A stretch of DNA of 63,981 bases, the filler included, from Octopus bimaculoides (Eukaryota): assembly GCF_001194135.2 (NCBI RefSeq). It is 4 parts of 3 records of this genome, joined end to end, with 100 filler letters (N's around TTAATTAATTAA, not from the genome) between each part and the next. Parts side by side here need not be neighbours in the genome. Positions count along the whole stretch, not along the records: positions 1 to 16,205 come from NC_068985.1; 3 more parts are not named here. One strand, given 5' to 3'. This document shows, in pieces, positions 1 through 13,749 of the stretch (position 1 is the first letter of the stretch; every line of letters starts with the position of its first letter). The position numbers were made by a program, and so were the translations under genes. The notes under the pieces are model-generated. The model did no database searches. It had not been told where the DNA came from and saw only the letters and a list, made by a program, of their open reading frames with translations.

Positions 1-192
1 GTTTTCGTGCGGGTGACACGTAAAAGCACCCACTACACTCTCTGAGTGGTTGGCGTTAGGAAGGGCATCGAGCTGTAGAAACTCTGCCAAATCAGACTGG
101 AGCCTGGTGTTGCCATCCGGTTTCACCAGTCCTCAGTCAAATCGTCCAACCCATGCTAGCATGGAAAGCGGACGTTAAACGATAATGATGAC
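1..192 (+). mobile_element. 3' tail of the RTE-associated repeat family ending (GAT)n
   Basis: GTTGGCGTTAGGAAGGGCATC...CCAACCCATGCTAGCATGGAAAGCGGACGTTAAACGAT. Further copies at ~8170-8365(+), 9600-9760(-), 11085-11450(+), 39190-39450(-), 54725-54790(-) and 61255-61477(+). Confidence 0.8.
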
Positions 193-784
193 TATTACTA
201 TAATTATTATCATTAAGCTGGTGAGCTGGCAGAATCATTAGCACACCAGGCAAAATGCTTGGCAGCATTTCATCAATCTTTATGTTCTGAGTTCAAGTTC
301 TACCATGGTTGACTTTTCCTTTCTTCCTTTCAGGGTCAATAAAATAAGTACCAGTCAAATACTGGGGTCAATGTAATCGACTTACCCCTCCACCTCAAAT
401 TTCTGGCATTGTGACAAAATTTGAAATCATTGTTATTACTATCATTGAGGTTGTTGGATGGCAGATTCGTTTGTGTTTCAGGTAAAATGTTAAGTGACAT
501 TTCTTTCAGTTCTTTATGTTCTGAACTAAGATCCTTTTGAAAGGATAATGTATCCTCATTTAACATCTGTTGTCCATGGGTTGGACATTTGACTAAAATT
601 TCAAGGCAGTGCCCCAGCATGGTTGCAGTCTAATGACTGAAATGAGTAAAAGAAAAAAGATAGAGTAAAGACAGATGAAAAGCTGCTATGCATTTTGCCC
701 CACATGCTAATAATTCTGCCAGCTCACTGCCTTAAGAAATACAAATAATCTAAACTAGAAGAGTTCAATAAGATTGTCACTTAC

Positions 785-937
785 CTTGTTGTACAAGACA
801 TCTAACCAATAGTCTGCTACTTTAGAGACGGCACTGTAACATTCATCTAAAGTGCTACCTTTCAAAAATGCTTCAAAGACGGATGACTGGAAGATCTTTA
901 TCAATTGCAGCTCGCCTCGCCGTTTTATTTCGAAACC
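785..937 (-). CDS. POLE: POLE exon (gene continues beyond the window start)
   Basis: 153 nt, phase 0/0. Acceptor TTTGTTTTAG|GGT, donor AACAAG|GTAAGT. Translates [51 protein letters not shown]. Confidence 0.97.
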
Positions 938-2102
938 CTAAAACAAATACAAAATTTTCTTGCACTTCAATGGAATATCTTAGAAAAATGAATAAATGTA
1001 GAGGAAGTCTCATTCTTTGATAAGTGGAGGGGTGGATGGTGGTCCTTTATATGGTTACTTGACCTGTTAGAAATAGCAGTCAAATCAACCATAAAATTGC
1101 ACTTTTCTGCTCATCTTCAAAAAAGGAAAAGAAACCTTGGATTATGAAGGTAAAGATATATCTCAAACTAAGGTGGGATGGTTATTGTCGGAATGCTTTT
1201 GATCATAGGTTTGCTCCATCAGCATTGACATTGGGCCAAAATACATGATTTCTTATTGTTTTCCTAGTTAATGTAGTTTAACCCCAAGTCAACTCTGACT
1301 GAGTAGATACCTGATGATCCAGTTTTGATTATCACTGCACTCAACAATACAACACTTCCACTGAACTCAACTGCACTATCACTGCATTCAACACAACAGA
1401 CAACTCCACTCTCATGACACTCAACACAACCAACCTATTTAATAGATATCTCTGTCCTTTCCCTTTCTTCACTTAGCCATTGACTCATTCAGTCACGCTT
1501 CTTTCAGGCTCTACTTCCAACAGACAGTTTGTTTCTTCACCTTTCGTGCTATCTTTCCATCTCTGCTTTCTGTTTCCAGTCCTTTAAAACATTTATCTTG
1601 TGTTACTCACACATGTCTTGTCCTATCCTTGTTTCAGAGCCATATGGCCCTTATTTTGTTTGCATATTGTATATTTTATTTCGTTTATATATTTATATAT
1701 GTACACTACCTACGTTGCTTGTTTTTATTACTGTCCTCAACATTTACTCACTATTAAGAGCAGTTTTTCATTGAGGATGCCACCAAAAATGAACAATATC
1801 ATTGTTAAAGGCATGAAACTGTAAGGATTTTTTGGACGATAATTAACAAGGAACGAACATGTTCCATATCTAATGTATTTTCTGTTCATTCCTGTGTTGT
1901 GTTTGTTTAGTTTTTTAAACTTATTATCAAAGTTCCAGACCTGACTAAAATATGGCATATACAAACTGTTTACATGTATCTGGTATCAAGTAAAGTTGTA
2001 TCACAGGTCAACCAGAGTTACTTAACAACAAACAACTTAACTAGAGTTTCCACTCAACTTCAATTCTTAATGAAACAAAATATGAATAAACCACATTCTT
2101 AC

Positions 2103-2303
2103 CTTCAGTTCTGCAAGAGAACCATCAAAATTAAAGACAGCGTATCGTTTCTTCAGTTTTTTGCCTTCTTCTTTGGAAGCTGGAAGAATCATTGCTAAGT
2201 AAGGCCCATCAACTTCAAAGAATATTGAATTTTCACTGCGGACTTCATATTTCAGAGCATCTGGGTCAACTAATTCTTGATATTGGTGATTAGTAAATTC
2301 ATT
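2103..2303 (-). CDS. POLE: POLE exon
   Basis: 201 nt, phase 0/0, not in the ORF track. Acceptor CACTTTTAG|AAT, donor CTGAAG|GTAAGA. Translates [67 protein letters not shown]. Confidence 0.97.
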
Positions 2304-2483
2304 CTAAAAGTGACAGAAAAACAACAATTCACCAAAAATTTTATTTTGTCAAATTTTTTCACAATAATGTCTGTCATGGATAAATTAATTTCATAAACAT
2401 TGATATGCCTTTTTTCGTTGACATTAAGCAAATAAATAACCTCATCATACCCATAATACTGGGCTGTTTGATCTGCTGTTGTG

Positions 2484-2975
2484 TACTGGCTGTGTGGTTA
2501 AGAAGTTTATTTTCACAACCATGTAGTTTCTGATTTAGTCCCATTATGCAGCATCTTGGGCAAGAATTTTCAACCATCACCCTGCTTGAAAACTCCACTC
2601 TCATTGTGAACAAATTTGGTAGACAGAAACTGTATTAAGTCTGTCATATATACAAATATATGTAGGCACAGGTGTGGCTGTGTGGTAAGAAGTTTGCTTC
2701 TCAACCACATGGCTCTGGGTTCAGTCCCACTGCATGGTACCCTGGACAAGTGTCTTCTATAGCCTCATGCTGACCAAAACTTTGAGTGAATTTGGTAGAG
2801 GGAAATTGAAAAAAGACCATTGAGTGTGTAGTAGCTTAGCGATTCAGCATAAGAGAATAGAATAAGTACCATGCTTTAAAAAATAAGTACTGGGGTCAAT
2901 CCACTTGACTAAAATTCTTCAAAGCAGTGATCCAGCATGGCTACAGTCAATGACTGGAACAAATAAAAGATAATA
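2484..2975 (+). mobile_element. Tandem tRNA-derived SINE copies (family 1)
   Basis: Head GTGGCTGTGTGGTAAGAAG...GGTTCAGTCCCACTG with A- and B-box-like motifs. Other copies at ~4245-4615(-), 9375-9525(+), 12088-12315(-), 16914-17000(+), 42420-42575(+), 52010-52320(-) and 55060-55230(+). Confidence 0.75.
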
Positions 2976-5092
2976 GATGTGTGTGTGTGTGTGTAAATAT
3001 GTATTGTGTATCTGCAAATGCATGTGAATGTTGATACTCTACTTGTCACCATTTGAACAAAGTGATGCTGACATTCCTCACTGACATTATAACTGATAGT
3101 TCTGCACTCTTGAAGACCTATAAAAATCTTTTACTTGAAAACCAGTTGAAGGTTAGTGACAGGAAGAGCATCTGGCTATAAAATTTTGCTTCAAAACCAA
3201 TTTCAATCCAGATCAAGCCATGCTAGCATGGAAAAACAGATGTTAAACAAATGAATGAACTAAATTAAACAACTTCAATGCATCTAACAATCATTGAATC
3301 CTGGGTAGTTTGATCTGTGGTTATGTAATGCAAGCAGCTGTGAAATTACAAATACTAACAGTCGTTATAATAAATCCATGTTTATATTATATTACAACAA
3401 TTATAATCATCATAATCATAAACCCCTGTCCCACAAATGTCTTGTTTCCTCTTTATGCTTTTCCCCACTATTACAATAGGCACTGTTCCTCAGAAGTGAC
3501 TGGTTTACATGTTTCCTTCACACAAGTGCTTTCAACCCACATATCTCTTCTCTCCTCTCACCACTATATTTAATACCAGAAAACTAGCACTTGTTCTATG
3601 AGATACCCAACCCTCAGAGTAAGCAACTCATGCAGAGATTTACATTTATGTGACAAACATTGGGTGGTAGATCTAACCCTTGCATGGTTTAACACCACCG
3701 CCTATATCTTGGTGGGTCATGAAGCAGACTCTACTGTTACAAGAATCCAAATCATGTTTTTGGTTTGAAGATAACTCAGACCAACACCTGCTTCTTAATT
3801 TACCTTTTCTTGGCATCATAGTGATACTGTTCGTTAGAGGGCACAGGTGGCAAGGAGTCATTCATAGAAACCTCTTACTAGATACAAAAATTTTCTGCCT
3901 TATTTGCTAGTAGGTCTACCTGTGGTCAGTGGATTACTTAACCAGGTTACTTACAGGAACCATAATAATGGTTAGTGACAATCTGTGTTGTGACATAGTC
4001 CTTCCTTTCTCCAAGACTGAAGGTCCAGCAAATGTGAATGCTACTCTTCTTTCTTTAACTGAGGGCTTCTGTATATCTTGGGAGAACATCAATCCAAACC
4101 TGTAAAGCTTTGCTTGAAAGCACACTTACTCTTATATTCTTTCAATGAGAATTACTAGACAGACAAATCACTGGATTAGTAAGATTAGGAGGAACAAGAG
4201 GAGACGGTTTTACAGATCAATGACGATGGGGAAGTATTTTCTTTTTTTAACTTGTTTCAGTCATTAGACTGCAGCCATGCTGGGGCACTGCTTTAAAGAA
4301 TTTTTAGTTGAATAAATCTTTCCCAATACTTATTGTTTTAAGCCTGATACTTATTTTATCAGTCTCTTATGCCAAACTAATGAGAATATAAACACACCAA
4401 CACCAGTTGTCAAGCAGTAAGGGAGGAAGGAAATAAACACACACACACACACAATAGGCTTCTCTTTCACTTTCTGTCCACTAAATCAATTCACTAGTCT
4501 TTGGTTGACCTGAGGCTGTAGTAGAAAACACTTGTCTAAGATGCCACGCAGTGGGACTGAATTCGGGACCACTTGGTTGGAAAGCCAACTTCTTACTACG
4601 TAGTCACATCTGCACCTGAACAAAGTTATTGAATTGCAGTCCATATGCTAGCATGGAAGGCAGATGTTAAGCGATGATGATGATGATGACTATATTTATA
4701 AATGGCATAAAAACCATTTGCTGTTATGCCATGGTGATGCATATATAAAATTAAATTCAATAACACATTCAAGACCAAACATACCCAATGTATGTGTTTT
4801 GCTTCTTTGCCAGTTCACTGCACATAGCATTTGGGGAATGACTCCTTCATTACACTGACTGTTAAAACACCTGAAAGTCATAGACAGGTGAGATGATTTA
4901 CTTCTGATCCCATTCAGAAGTGATGGATACCGATATTTCACCATTTCTGTAGCTTATCAACATCACATACCTGAATCGAATAAAGATAATCAAGCAATGT
5001 CCCAAGGAGAGAGAAGAGAGTAGAAGTTTAGCTGCCAAAAAAGGAGCAATTTGTTGCTACCCTGACAAAGATATACGAAAATATTGTCTCAC

Positions 5093-5237
5093 CTGCACCA
5101 TTACATTAAGCATGGCTCCTGGGTAAGAAATTGTCAATTTTGCTTTCTTTGGATGGGTTGTTTTGACAACGTAATTTTCTGGAAATGTTGCTGGCAATAC
5201 ACACCATATACCATCTGTGTCCAGTTCCAGAGGCCGT
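5093..5237 (-). CDS. POLE: POLE exon (catalytic motif C, DTDG)
   Basis: 145 nt, phase 2/0. Acceptor CCTTGTTAAG|A, donor GTGCAG|GTGAGA. Translates [48 protein letters not shown]. Confidence 0.98.
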
Positions 5238-5558
5238 CTTAACAAGGAATGGAAGAAAGAGAAGTAGATAACAGATGGAGGTATAATATATTAATGGTTT
5301 ACAGAACAGGTAGAAAGATATATCTTTTCAACATGTAAATACTGAGCAGTATATATATAAAGGATAAAATCCTTTTAAGAGTAGAAAAATTTGCCAGCAA
5401 CCAACCATGAGGATCAAACTCCCACCCCTCCAATATCCGGTTNNNNNNNNNNNNNNNNNNNNNNNNNNNNNNNNNNNNNNNNNNNNNNNNNNNNNNNNNN
5501 NNNNNNNNNNNNNNNNNNNNNNNNNNNNNNNNNNNNNNNNNNAGCAAATGAATAATTA

Positions 5559-5747
<189 letters not shown>

Positions 5748-7044
5748 TCATAACAAAATCAGTTTTGCATCATAAAACAAATATATAGTGTATCGAGAAA
5801 GCAGTCTCGGAATTTCTATTACTTCATTACAATTGTTTTGGTAGGTGTAACAAAATTTTATTTTTTTATTTTTTTTTATTTGTTAGTTCCTATTTGCCTC
5901 TATCTAGAAATCAAAGGAAATAACTACTATTCCCTTCAAACTCTGCTTTTGTGACCTGGACATCGATGTTTTGAAACTGACCTTTTTCCATTACTTTTCA
6001 GATAGATTCAGAACTGAGTTGCTGAAGCAAAAATATCATTATAGCAAATATTCTGCTCAATCACAGATTTGCTTGTCAGTTGCTTGACCGTAACCACTTG
6101 AGCATGTCCCATAGTGACTGACAATATGTGCATCTCTGATCATGAGCAGAGGTAGAACCATGTGTTGAGAGGGATTCTTTGGAGTTTGAATAAATATAGT
6201 AATAAGAGCAAAGTTTGAAGGAAACATTAGCTATTGTTCATAGTTTCTATCACCTGAGATTTGAAATCGCATCTCAGAATTACTGGTCACACTTTCCCTC
6301 ACCAAATCAGTTTGCAGCGGGAAAAACTTCTTTGTCCTGTCAACTGAAACAATGATTGATGAGTTTTTAATGACCAGCTAGGAGCAATTAAGTTCAAATG
6401 AACCAGATCTAACCTCAATATTTAGCTAAGGTTTATCCATCTTTCTATCGGCTGCAGACTGTTATAAATAGACCAACTGACCAGCCAAAGGGGTCAGTTC
6501 CCTGCTTGCAATCGTGACAGCCTGTTGCAGATGGTTTTTGGGCTGAACGAGAAATGATGTCACTAAGTCAAACGAAAACTACTGTAAGCATCTCTCCGTT
6601 CTCCCCCACTCATCTGTTTCGCACTAACATTCATCTATTCACACTTTATTAATCTAGCTAACTGTCATGTCTACCACATTTACAGATTACTCTTTCTATA
6701 ACATCTGCCACACACCTTTTCCTCAATACTAATTTGACAAGGCTAAGTAGATTGTTGACAAATGCATACAATTAAAATTATATGTTGATTTTCATTGATC
6801 CGACATGGTCAATTTATAATTGTAAATGTAACAAAAATAAATCATGTTTTTTGAAACTTTGCCTTTGAGTTACACACTTTTCAACAAGACATACTCTGCA
6901 AGCATCATCATCAGTTATGTCCGATAACTCCAACCAACACATCCTCATCTGATTTTTGGTCCTCTTCATTACCGACATGAACTATGCATCAACCAATGAC
7001 AGGAAGAAAGATATAAAGGAAAGTGATAACAATAACAGGAGTCA

Positions 7045-7272
7045 TTAAACCTTTAGCGTTTAAACCAGCCATATCCGGCCCAAAATATTCTTCCTACTTT
7101 ATGGTCAAACCAACCACATCTGGTCTCTCATACTTATCCTACAGTGTCATTCTAAAAATTATCAGTTACCTCATCAAAATTGCAAATCTATAAGATAATG
7201 CAAGATTAATTCAAAACAATGAGAATAAATAGGCATTACTTTTGTCAGAGTAATCTGAATGCTAAAGGGCTG
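7045..7272. mobile_element. piggyBac-type MITE, same family as 9084-9311
   Basis: Termini TTAAACCTTTAGCG / GCTAAAGGGCTGA. Internal sequence is the reverse complement of the 9084-9311 copy. Confidence 0.55.
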
Positions 7273-8401
7273 AGGATATTTATATATATATATACAATTG
7301 TCCAAAAGAACATATCCCTGTTTAGGTTTATATGGTTAAGGAGTGAAGATGACATGCAAAAGGAAAGTCATTGGAATAAATTGATTCAAATTATAACAGA
7401 AAAAGCAAAAATAGTTAAAATAATAATAAGGAAAAATATTCAAGTTGTATAAAGCACATAAAGGGTTGTAAAACACAAAGACAAAAAAAAAAAAAAAAAA
7501 AAAAAAAAAACGTGTTGGGGAGATCAAAGATCAGGCTGGAAGTATATGTAGTCATAAAGTCACTTTATCAATTACACTGTAAGGGTGGAAGGAAATACAA
7601 GGCATCTCTATCTCCTATGCCAGCATGGAAGGCAGACATTAAACAATGACGACAATATATATACAAGCACTTGTACATACATACACACACATATATACAC
7701 ATGTAAACATATACACCTACATATAACCACACAAATATGTACATGGACTTACAAAAACAGACACTACTTAAGTAACAACTGCCACAATGATGATACCAAG
7801 ACTGACAAAGGCACAAAGCTTGAAATTTGGAAGAGGGAGGTAATCGATTACATCATCTCCATTGTTCAACTGGTACTTATTTTATCGATCCCAAAAGGAT
7901 GAAAGTCAACCTCATTGTAAAGCCAGAAGAAATTCAACTAAGTATTTTGTCAAAAGTGTTAACAATTCTGCCAACTCATTGCCTTATAATAATTATTATT
8001 ATTAGTCATACCCAACTGGTGTAGCAGCATTATAGTCAACTGCTACAAAGGTAAAGGTGATGCCTTAAACAGAAATAATTACAGAAGTATCAAATTGCTG
8101 GACCAGATCACGAAAGTTACAGAGAGGGTTTATAGCTCAACTGATTAGGAAGAGAGTTAGCCTGGATGAGATGCAGTGCCAGTGCCAAGTATAAAGCACC
8201 CAATACACTCTCTAAAGTGGTTGATGTTAGTCAGGAGATCCAGCCATGGAGACCATGCCAAGACAGACACAACTGGAGCTTGGGCAGCTCTCTGGCTAGC
8301 CAGCTCCTGTCAAACTGTCAAATGCCTACCAGCTTGGAAAATGAATGTAAAATGATGATGATGATGGCACATCACAAACAAGAATTAAAATTATTTCTTA
8401 C

Positions 8402-8696
8402 CCTTTCCTCATGACATATCCATAAAAGGAATTTAAGATACATTTATGTGCCAGTTGTAGTGAATCATACAAAACAACCATTCCATTGGCTCTTTTTATC
8501 TCTGCGGCATCTTTTGCTGCTTCAGCTTCTCCCAACTTGCGTTTCCATACCTTCACTAATCCTTTGAACTCATAGCGTCGGTCTCGAAATGCCCGAACTG
8601 TGTCAACATAGAAAGAATTTTCTCTTTGACAAATGGTAGCAACTTTTTCTCCTTTTCTTGTCACATGGATCTTCTTGTAAGCTTTCCTGCAATATT
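8402..8696 (-). CDS. POLE: POLE exon (fingers, motif B)
   Basis: 295 nt, phase 1/2. Acceptor ATGTTTCAG|AA, donor AAAGG|GTAAGA. Translates (E)[10 protein letters not shown]...[26 protein letters not shown]...[19 protein letters not shown](G). Confidence 0.98.
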
Positions 8697-8727
8697 CTGA
8701 AACATAAATTAAAACAACAATAATAAT

Positions 8728-8925
8728 CCTTTCTACTGGAGGCACAGGGCTTCGAATTTGTGGGATGGTAACTAGTCGATTATATTGACCCTAGTGTTTA
8801 ACTGGTACTTAATTTATCGATGAAAGGCAAAGTCGACCTCAGTGGAATTTGAACTCAGAACATAGCAATGGGCGAAATAACGCTAAGAATTTCGTCTGGT
8901 GCACTAATGATTCTGCCAGCTAGCC
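8728..8925 (-). mobile_element. tRNA-derived SINE (family 2)
   Basis: Reverse complement of AGCTGGCAGAATC.TTAG...GTTCTGAGTTCAAATTCC...GTCGACTTTGCCTTTC. Related copies at ~215-430(+), 7830-8060(-), 16400-16530(-) and 46715-46900(+). Confidence 0.7.
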
Positions 8926-9083
8926 ACCTTAACAAAAACAACAACAATAATAAAAACCCAAGGCATTACTCATAGGGCTGAACTTTTGCTATATTCTAGC
9001 TGTATTTAGTAGCAACACATCAAGTTTATTCCCAAACCAGTGACCTGGTCGAAATTCTTGAAACCAAAGACTAGGGGAGGGCA

Positions 9084-9311
9084 TTAACTCCTTAGCATTC
9101 AGATTATTCTGTCAAATGCAATGCTTATTTATCTGTATTGTTTTGCATTAATTATGCAGTATCAAATAGCTTGGAGACTTCATTGATGTGATTGTTTGTT
9201 TTCAGAAGGACACTGTAGTGCAGGTGTAAGGGGCCAAATCTGGTTGGTTTGAATGTAAAGTATGTAGAACATCTGGGATGGATAGGGCTAGTTTAAATGC
9301 TAAAGGGTTAA
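9084..9311. mobile_element. piggyBac-type (TTAA-flanked) MITE
   Basis: Termini TTAACTCCTTAGCATT / AATGCTAAAGGGTTAA. A related reverse-orientation copy lies at ~7045-7272. Confidence 0.6.
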
Positions 9312-9551
9312 ACCAGATTACGTATAGCTGCCAAAATGTGTGTGAGTGTCTATATGTATATATATATATATAAAGCTGCATGGTTAAAAAGATTTGTTTT
9401 GTAATAACATAGTTTTGGTTTCCATTCAATTGTGTGATATCTTCTGCATGAGTCTTCTACTCTATCCTTAGACTAAGCAATGTTTGGTGAGCAAAATTTA
9501 GTAGATGGAAACTATATGGTAGCCTGTCATTACACACACACACACACACAC

Positions 9552-9593
<42 letters not shown>

Positions 9594-10179
9594 GCGCCAT
9601 CATCATAATTATCATTGAACATTCATCTTCCATGGCTGGCATGGGTTGGACCGTTTGACAGGAGCTGGCAAGCCTAAGGACTGTGCCAAGCTCTACTGTC
9701 TGTCTTGGAATGGTTTCTACAGCTGGATACCCTTCTAATGTGGGTGCTTTTATTTCATGGCACTGGCACTGCAAGGTCTCCAAGTATCTTGCAAGACAAG
9801 ACCCCCTCAACTGAGGGAAGGAGGGTTTCTGCTTGGTGATGAGAGGTTAAATTATGATAGGACGGGAATAGGTGGTATATAGCAACCCCCAAAAAAGGTG
9901 GTAGTGAAGATGTGTCTGGGTGTACACATACATGTAAACAAAAGTAAGACAGGGTTGTCACTAGTGGAATCACTTGTGATTATAATTTACTCAATCACAG
10001 CTGACTCTGAGTGAAGCACGACAGACACAGCATGCTGTATGAATGAGTCATTCTTAACACTAACTCTTTTAGTCAGGATCAAGAACATGTAAACATGAGG
10101 GAATATGGCATACTGTATTTGAAACTTGAAATATTTGTAAGATGGAGAAAAGAAAGAAGGAAAGAAAAGATTCACTGAC

Positions 10180-10429
10180 CTGCCAGTCTCTTTTTCTCTA
10201 TGGCAGCTTGTTCCACAGCTGGAAGCTGGTGAAAAGCTCTTTGTGGTCCACCAGGAAAAAATGGTGGAAATTTCTCATTTTCCAATTGCTGCTGGATTCG
10301 TTGGAACTCACTTCTGGTAGCAGGCATATATTCTCCTCGCCACATCCAAGTCATCTTCCTCTGACATGTTGCACCAGGTTTGTTGAAGTCACAAGCAGCA
10401 CAAATTTCTTCATCAACCATTGCAGAAGG
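10180..10429 (-). CDS. POLE: POLE exon (P-domain, CysX cysteines)
   Basis: 250 nt, phase 0/1. Acceptor TTGTCCAG|CCT, donor GCAG|GTCAGT. Translates [37 protein letters not shown]...EKKRLA. Confidence 0.97.
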
Positions 10430-10819
10430 CTGGACAATTGTAAAAACGAAACAGGACTCTGAATTAATCTTTAAACATTTACTGTGTTCCATCTTTCACT
10501 CCCTCCACTATCTTCACATCCCAGTAGCTCTTTTTCCTCCCACCATACTCTCACTCCTCTCATGTCATCACCATGCTCCTTATGATGTCATCTGCACTTT
10601 ATCTTGGACATGCTCACTTGAACAAATGGAATCACTGCGAAGTCAAGAGAGTCTTTACTTTCACTGAGGACATTCCAACTTTTCTAGTGTTGGTATGACA
10701 TAAAATACACCTCCACCCTCTCTTCTAAAATGTGGGTAGCCACAGAGCCTCTCCATAGCAAGAAATCTCTGTTCAGCTCTGGCCCCTTCTCTCATAATTT
10801 AACCCTTTATCTTTTAGCA

Positions 10820-11037
10820 CAGAGGTTCTCAACCAAGGTCCATATAAGATTTTGTTAAAATTTATATGCCATAAATTGGTTATACTTCCACAATTCACAA
10901 AATATTTTAATTTTTTCTATACAATTCCTAATATTTAAATATAAAAATATAATAGGATTTTTTAGACATCAAATGGCTTGGAGGGACCCTCTGAGTAAAA
11001 TAGGAATCAAAGGGGTTCATAAGGCTGAGAAACACTG
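10820..11037. mobile_element. hAT-type MITE in a POLE intron
   Basis: Terminal inverted repeats CAGAGGTTCTCAACC / GGCTGAGAAACACTG, flanked by a perfect 8-bp target duplication TTTTAGCA (10812-10819 and 11038-11045). Confidence 0.85.
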
Positions 11038-13512
11038 TTTTAGCATAAAGCAACCTCTCTCAATGGTCGTAGTCTTGCAAGCTGTTTAGCAACCTCACTA
11101 GTGCTGGTGGCATGAAAAATAGCATCCAGTCCACTTCAAAGTGATTGACATTAAACAGGACATCTAGTTATAGAAAGCATGTCAAAGCAAACACTTGAGT
11201 GCAATGTAGACCTCAGGCTCAGCAGATCCTGTCAAACTGTTTAACCCATGGAGACGCACTACGCTTTATAAAGTAGTCAGTGACAGAAAGGGTGTCTTGC
11301 AATAGAAACCAAGCCAAAAATGAAGTGTTTGAGTGAGACGCAGTCCCATCAACCCATCTATGAAGGTAGTAACTCTAACATTTGATTTGGACCCTGCTGA
11401 CCAACTCAAGCCAATATGCAAAGCAGACATAAATGATGATGATATGGTTACCATAAATATATTGGAAATTCAGTAATTCTTATAACAAATGAGTCACAGT
11501 TCCCCAACCCATCAATGAAGGAAGTAACTCAGAATAAGAATTGACTCAAGTCATGGCAACTCATCAAATCCATGCAAGCATGGAAAGCAGACATAAATGA
11601 TGATGATAATAATCATGGCTCATTCACAAGTTTGCATCTGTTATGTCTCTTCAATGAAGTACAATAGTGGTAAGGGGATTAAAACTTCAAATCTTACACA
11701 ATTAGTGTTAAGTCCTTTTGTTTTGCTTCATATCTATGTCCACTTTATTTTTCATGCCAGCACGGACGCCTTAATTTTTTTCATACAAACCCACCTGAAA
11801 CTGTCACTTGGTTCTACAATACAAACTTCCTGTTTTAAAGTCAAATAAATTAAAACTTCCCATGTAGTGCACCTGAGCACTTTATATGATAAGCTCATTA
11901 ATTCATAAAATTTCATGTTAATTTATGTTCCAAACACCAACTTTTCTGAACTATGTCTGCATATATCCATCACCCTGACAATGATGATGATGATGACAAT
12001 GACAACAACAACGATGATGATAATGAATAGCTGATGCAAGGAAGTACATGCAACAGTATCAAAACAAAAAAAAAAAANNNNNNNNNNGTTACGGGGACAT
12101 AAACACACCAACATCGGTTGTCAAGCGATAGTGGGGGACAAACACACACACACAACCATATATACGACAGGCTTCTTTCAGTTTGTCTACCAAATCCTCT
12201 CACAAGGCTTTGGTTGGCCTGAGGCTATAGTAAAAGACACTTGCCCAAGGTGCCACAGTGGGAATGAACCTGGAACCATGTGGTTGGGAAGCAAGCTTCT
12301 TACCACACAGCCAAATTGAGCAATGGTGAACATAAAAATGTGCATGGTTAAGAATTGGATACTTTGATTTCAAAAAGTGAAACAAGTGATTCGGACAACA
12401 GTTCTGATAGCAATAAAGAAAATAAATTTGTACCAGAACAGAGTAAGAATTAAAAAAAATTTTAGTGATTTTTTGGAAGAAGAGTGAACCTTGCTACTGT
12501 CTTTCCAAGGAAATGAAACTGTTAGATTAATTAAAAAAAAATTTTCCACTTAATTTGTTTGAAGCAACCACTGGAAATGAATCATTAAACAAAGAGGAAA
12601 CCTGAGCACTTTTTGCCATCTTATAGTAATTCTACTTGTTTCTCTGTTGACGGGAGGGAATGGTGGATGATGGAGGGAAGATGGAGAGGAAAAAGAGAGG
12701 GGAAGATGGTAGTGAGTGAAATGTGTAAGCCTGTCTGTAGAGATTTCATGTGATTATTTGAAGGGAAAGGTGAAGAGCGAAAGAAAAAGGAGAAAAAGAG
12801 GGTAAGGTGAAGAGTGAGAGGGAAAGAGAGTGCGAGTGCTGTGTATTAAGTCTATAAAATTATGCATAATGTATATAAAGTGTATATATAAAATGCATTA
12901 AGTAACCATTATATTCCAGTTTCCATCACTTTTCAATGATTAGCAGATGAGCGACTATCTTTTGATAGAGACGCAACACAGGCAACGCTTTCAGGTTTTT
13001 TAGATAAAGTTTTCAGAAATAACTCAATAAGTTTACCATTAATTCCATGAAATATTCACAGGTCCTGCTAGTCAACATTATTACAGGCATAAGAAAACTA
13101 TTCAGAATTACAAACTGACAGATAATCCTGTAATTTGTGCAATTCTTTTGTATTAAAATTTTGTCATATACCCAATTGAATATTAGCTAATGTTTCATTT
13201 TCTATGGTGATGTTTAAACAAAATTTTAATAATTTTGTATTTTCTTGAATTTACTTATATTTACTTGTAATTAGATTTGCTTTGAGACAAAAATTATGAA
13301 ACAGATTTGGCTTGGAACCTTTTGTTAAATTGTGATCCAAAAATCACATTAATATGTTGATAAATAAAAAGTTAGGTGTATTTTGTTTAGAAATATAATA
13401 ACAGGATTAAACATAAATTTACATAAAAGAATAAGTATTATAAAAGAAACAAGAAATAATAAACCATGTTAATCTGTGAAGAAAGAAGATTTGTTTTAGA
13501 ACGACAAAATAC

Positions 13513-13749
13513 CTGAAGTCGGTTGGTGAGAATAATATTTGGATACATAGCACCAACATCTAAATGGTAAATTATTGGGTTTTCTAAACGGTTTGGACAA
13601 TCTCTCAACATAGCCAATCGGTCTTTAATATCTTCACAAACTTCATCAAAGTTGGTTACTTGTTCCAAGGACACTTTCTCTTCAACTTCTATTGCATGTT
13701 TCATGGTTTTCTCAACAGTATTCATAAGAGTCTGGAAAGCATCAGGTAC
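13513..13749 (-). CDS. POLE: DNA polymerase epsilon catalytic subunit, exon (most 5' exon visible), polymerase motif A
   Basis: 237 nt, phase 0/0. Acceptor TTCTGTTGTAG|GTACCT, donor CTTCAG|GTATTT. Translates [26 protein letters not shown]...[22 protein letters not shown], containing the Pol epsilon motif A ([10 protein letters not shown]). Confidence 0.97.
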
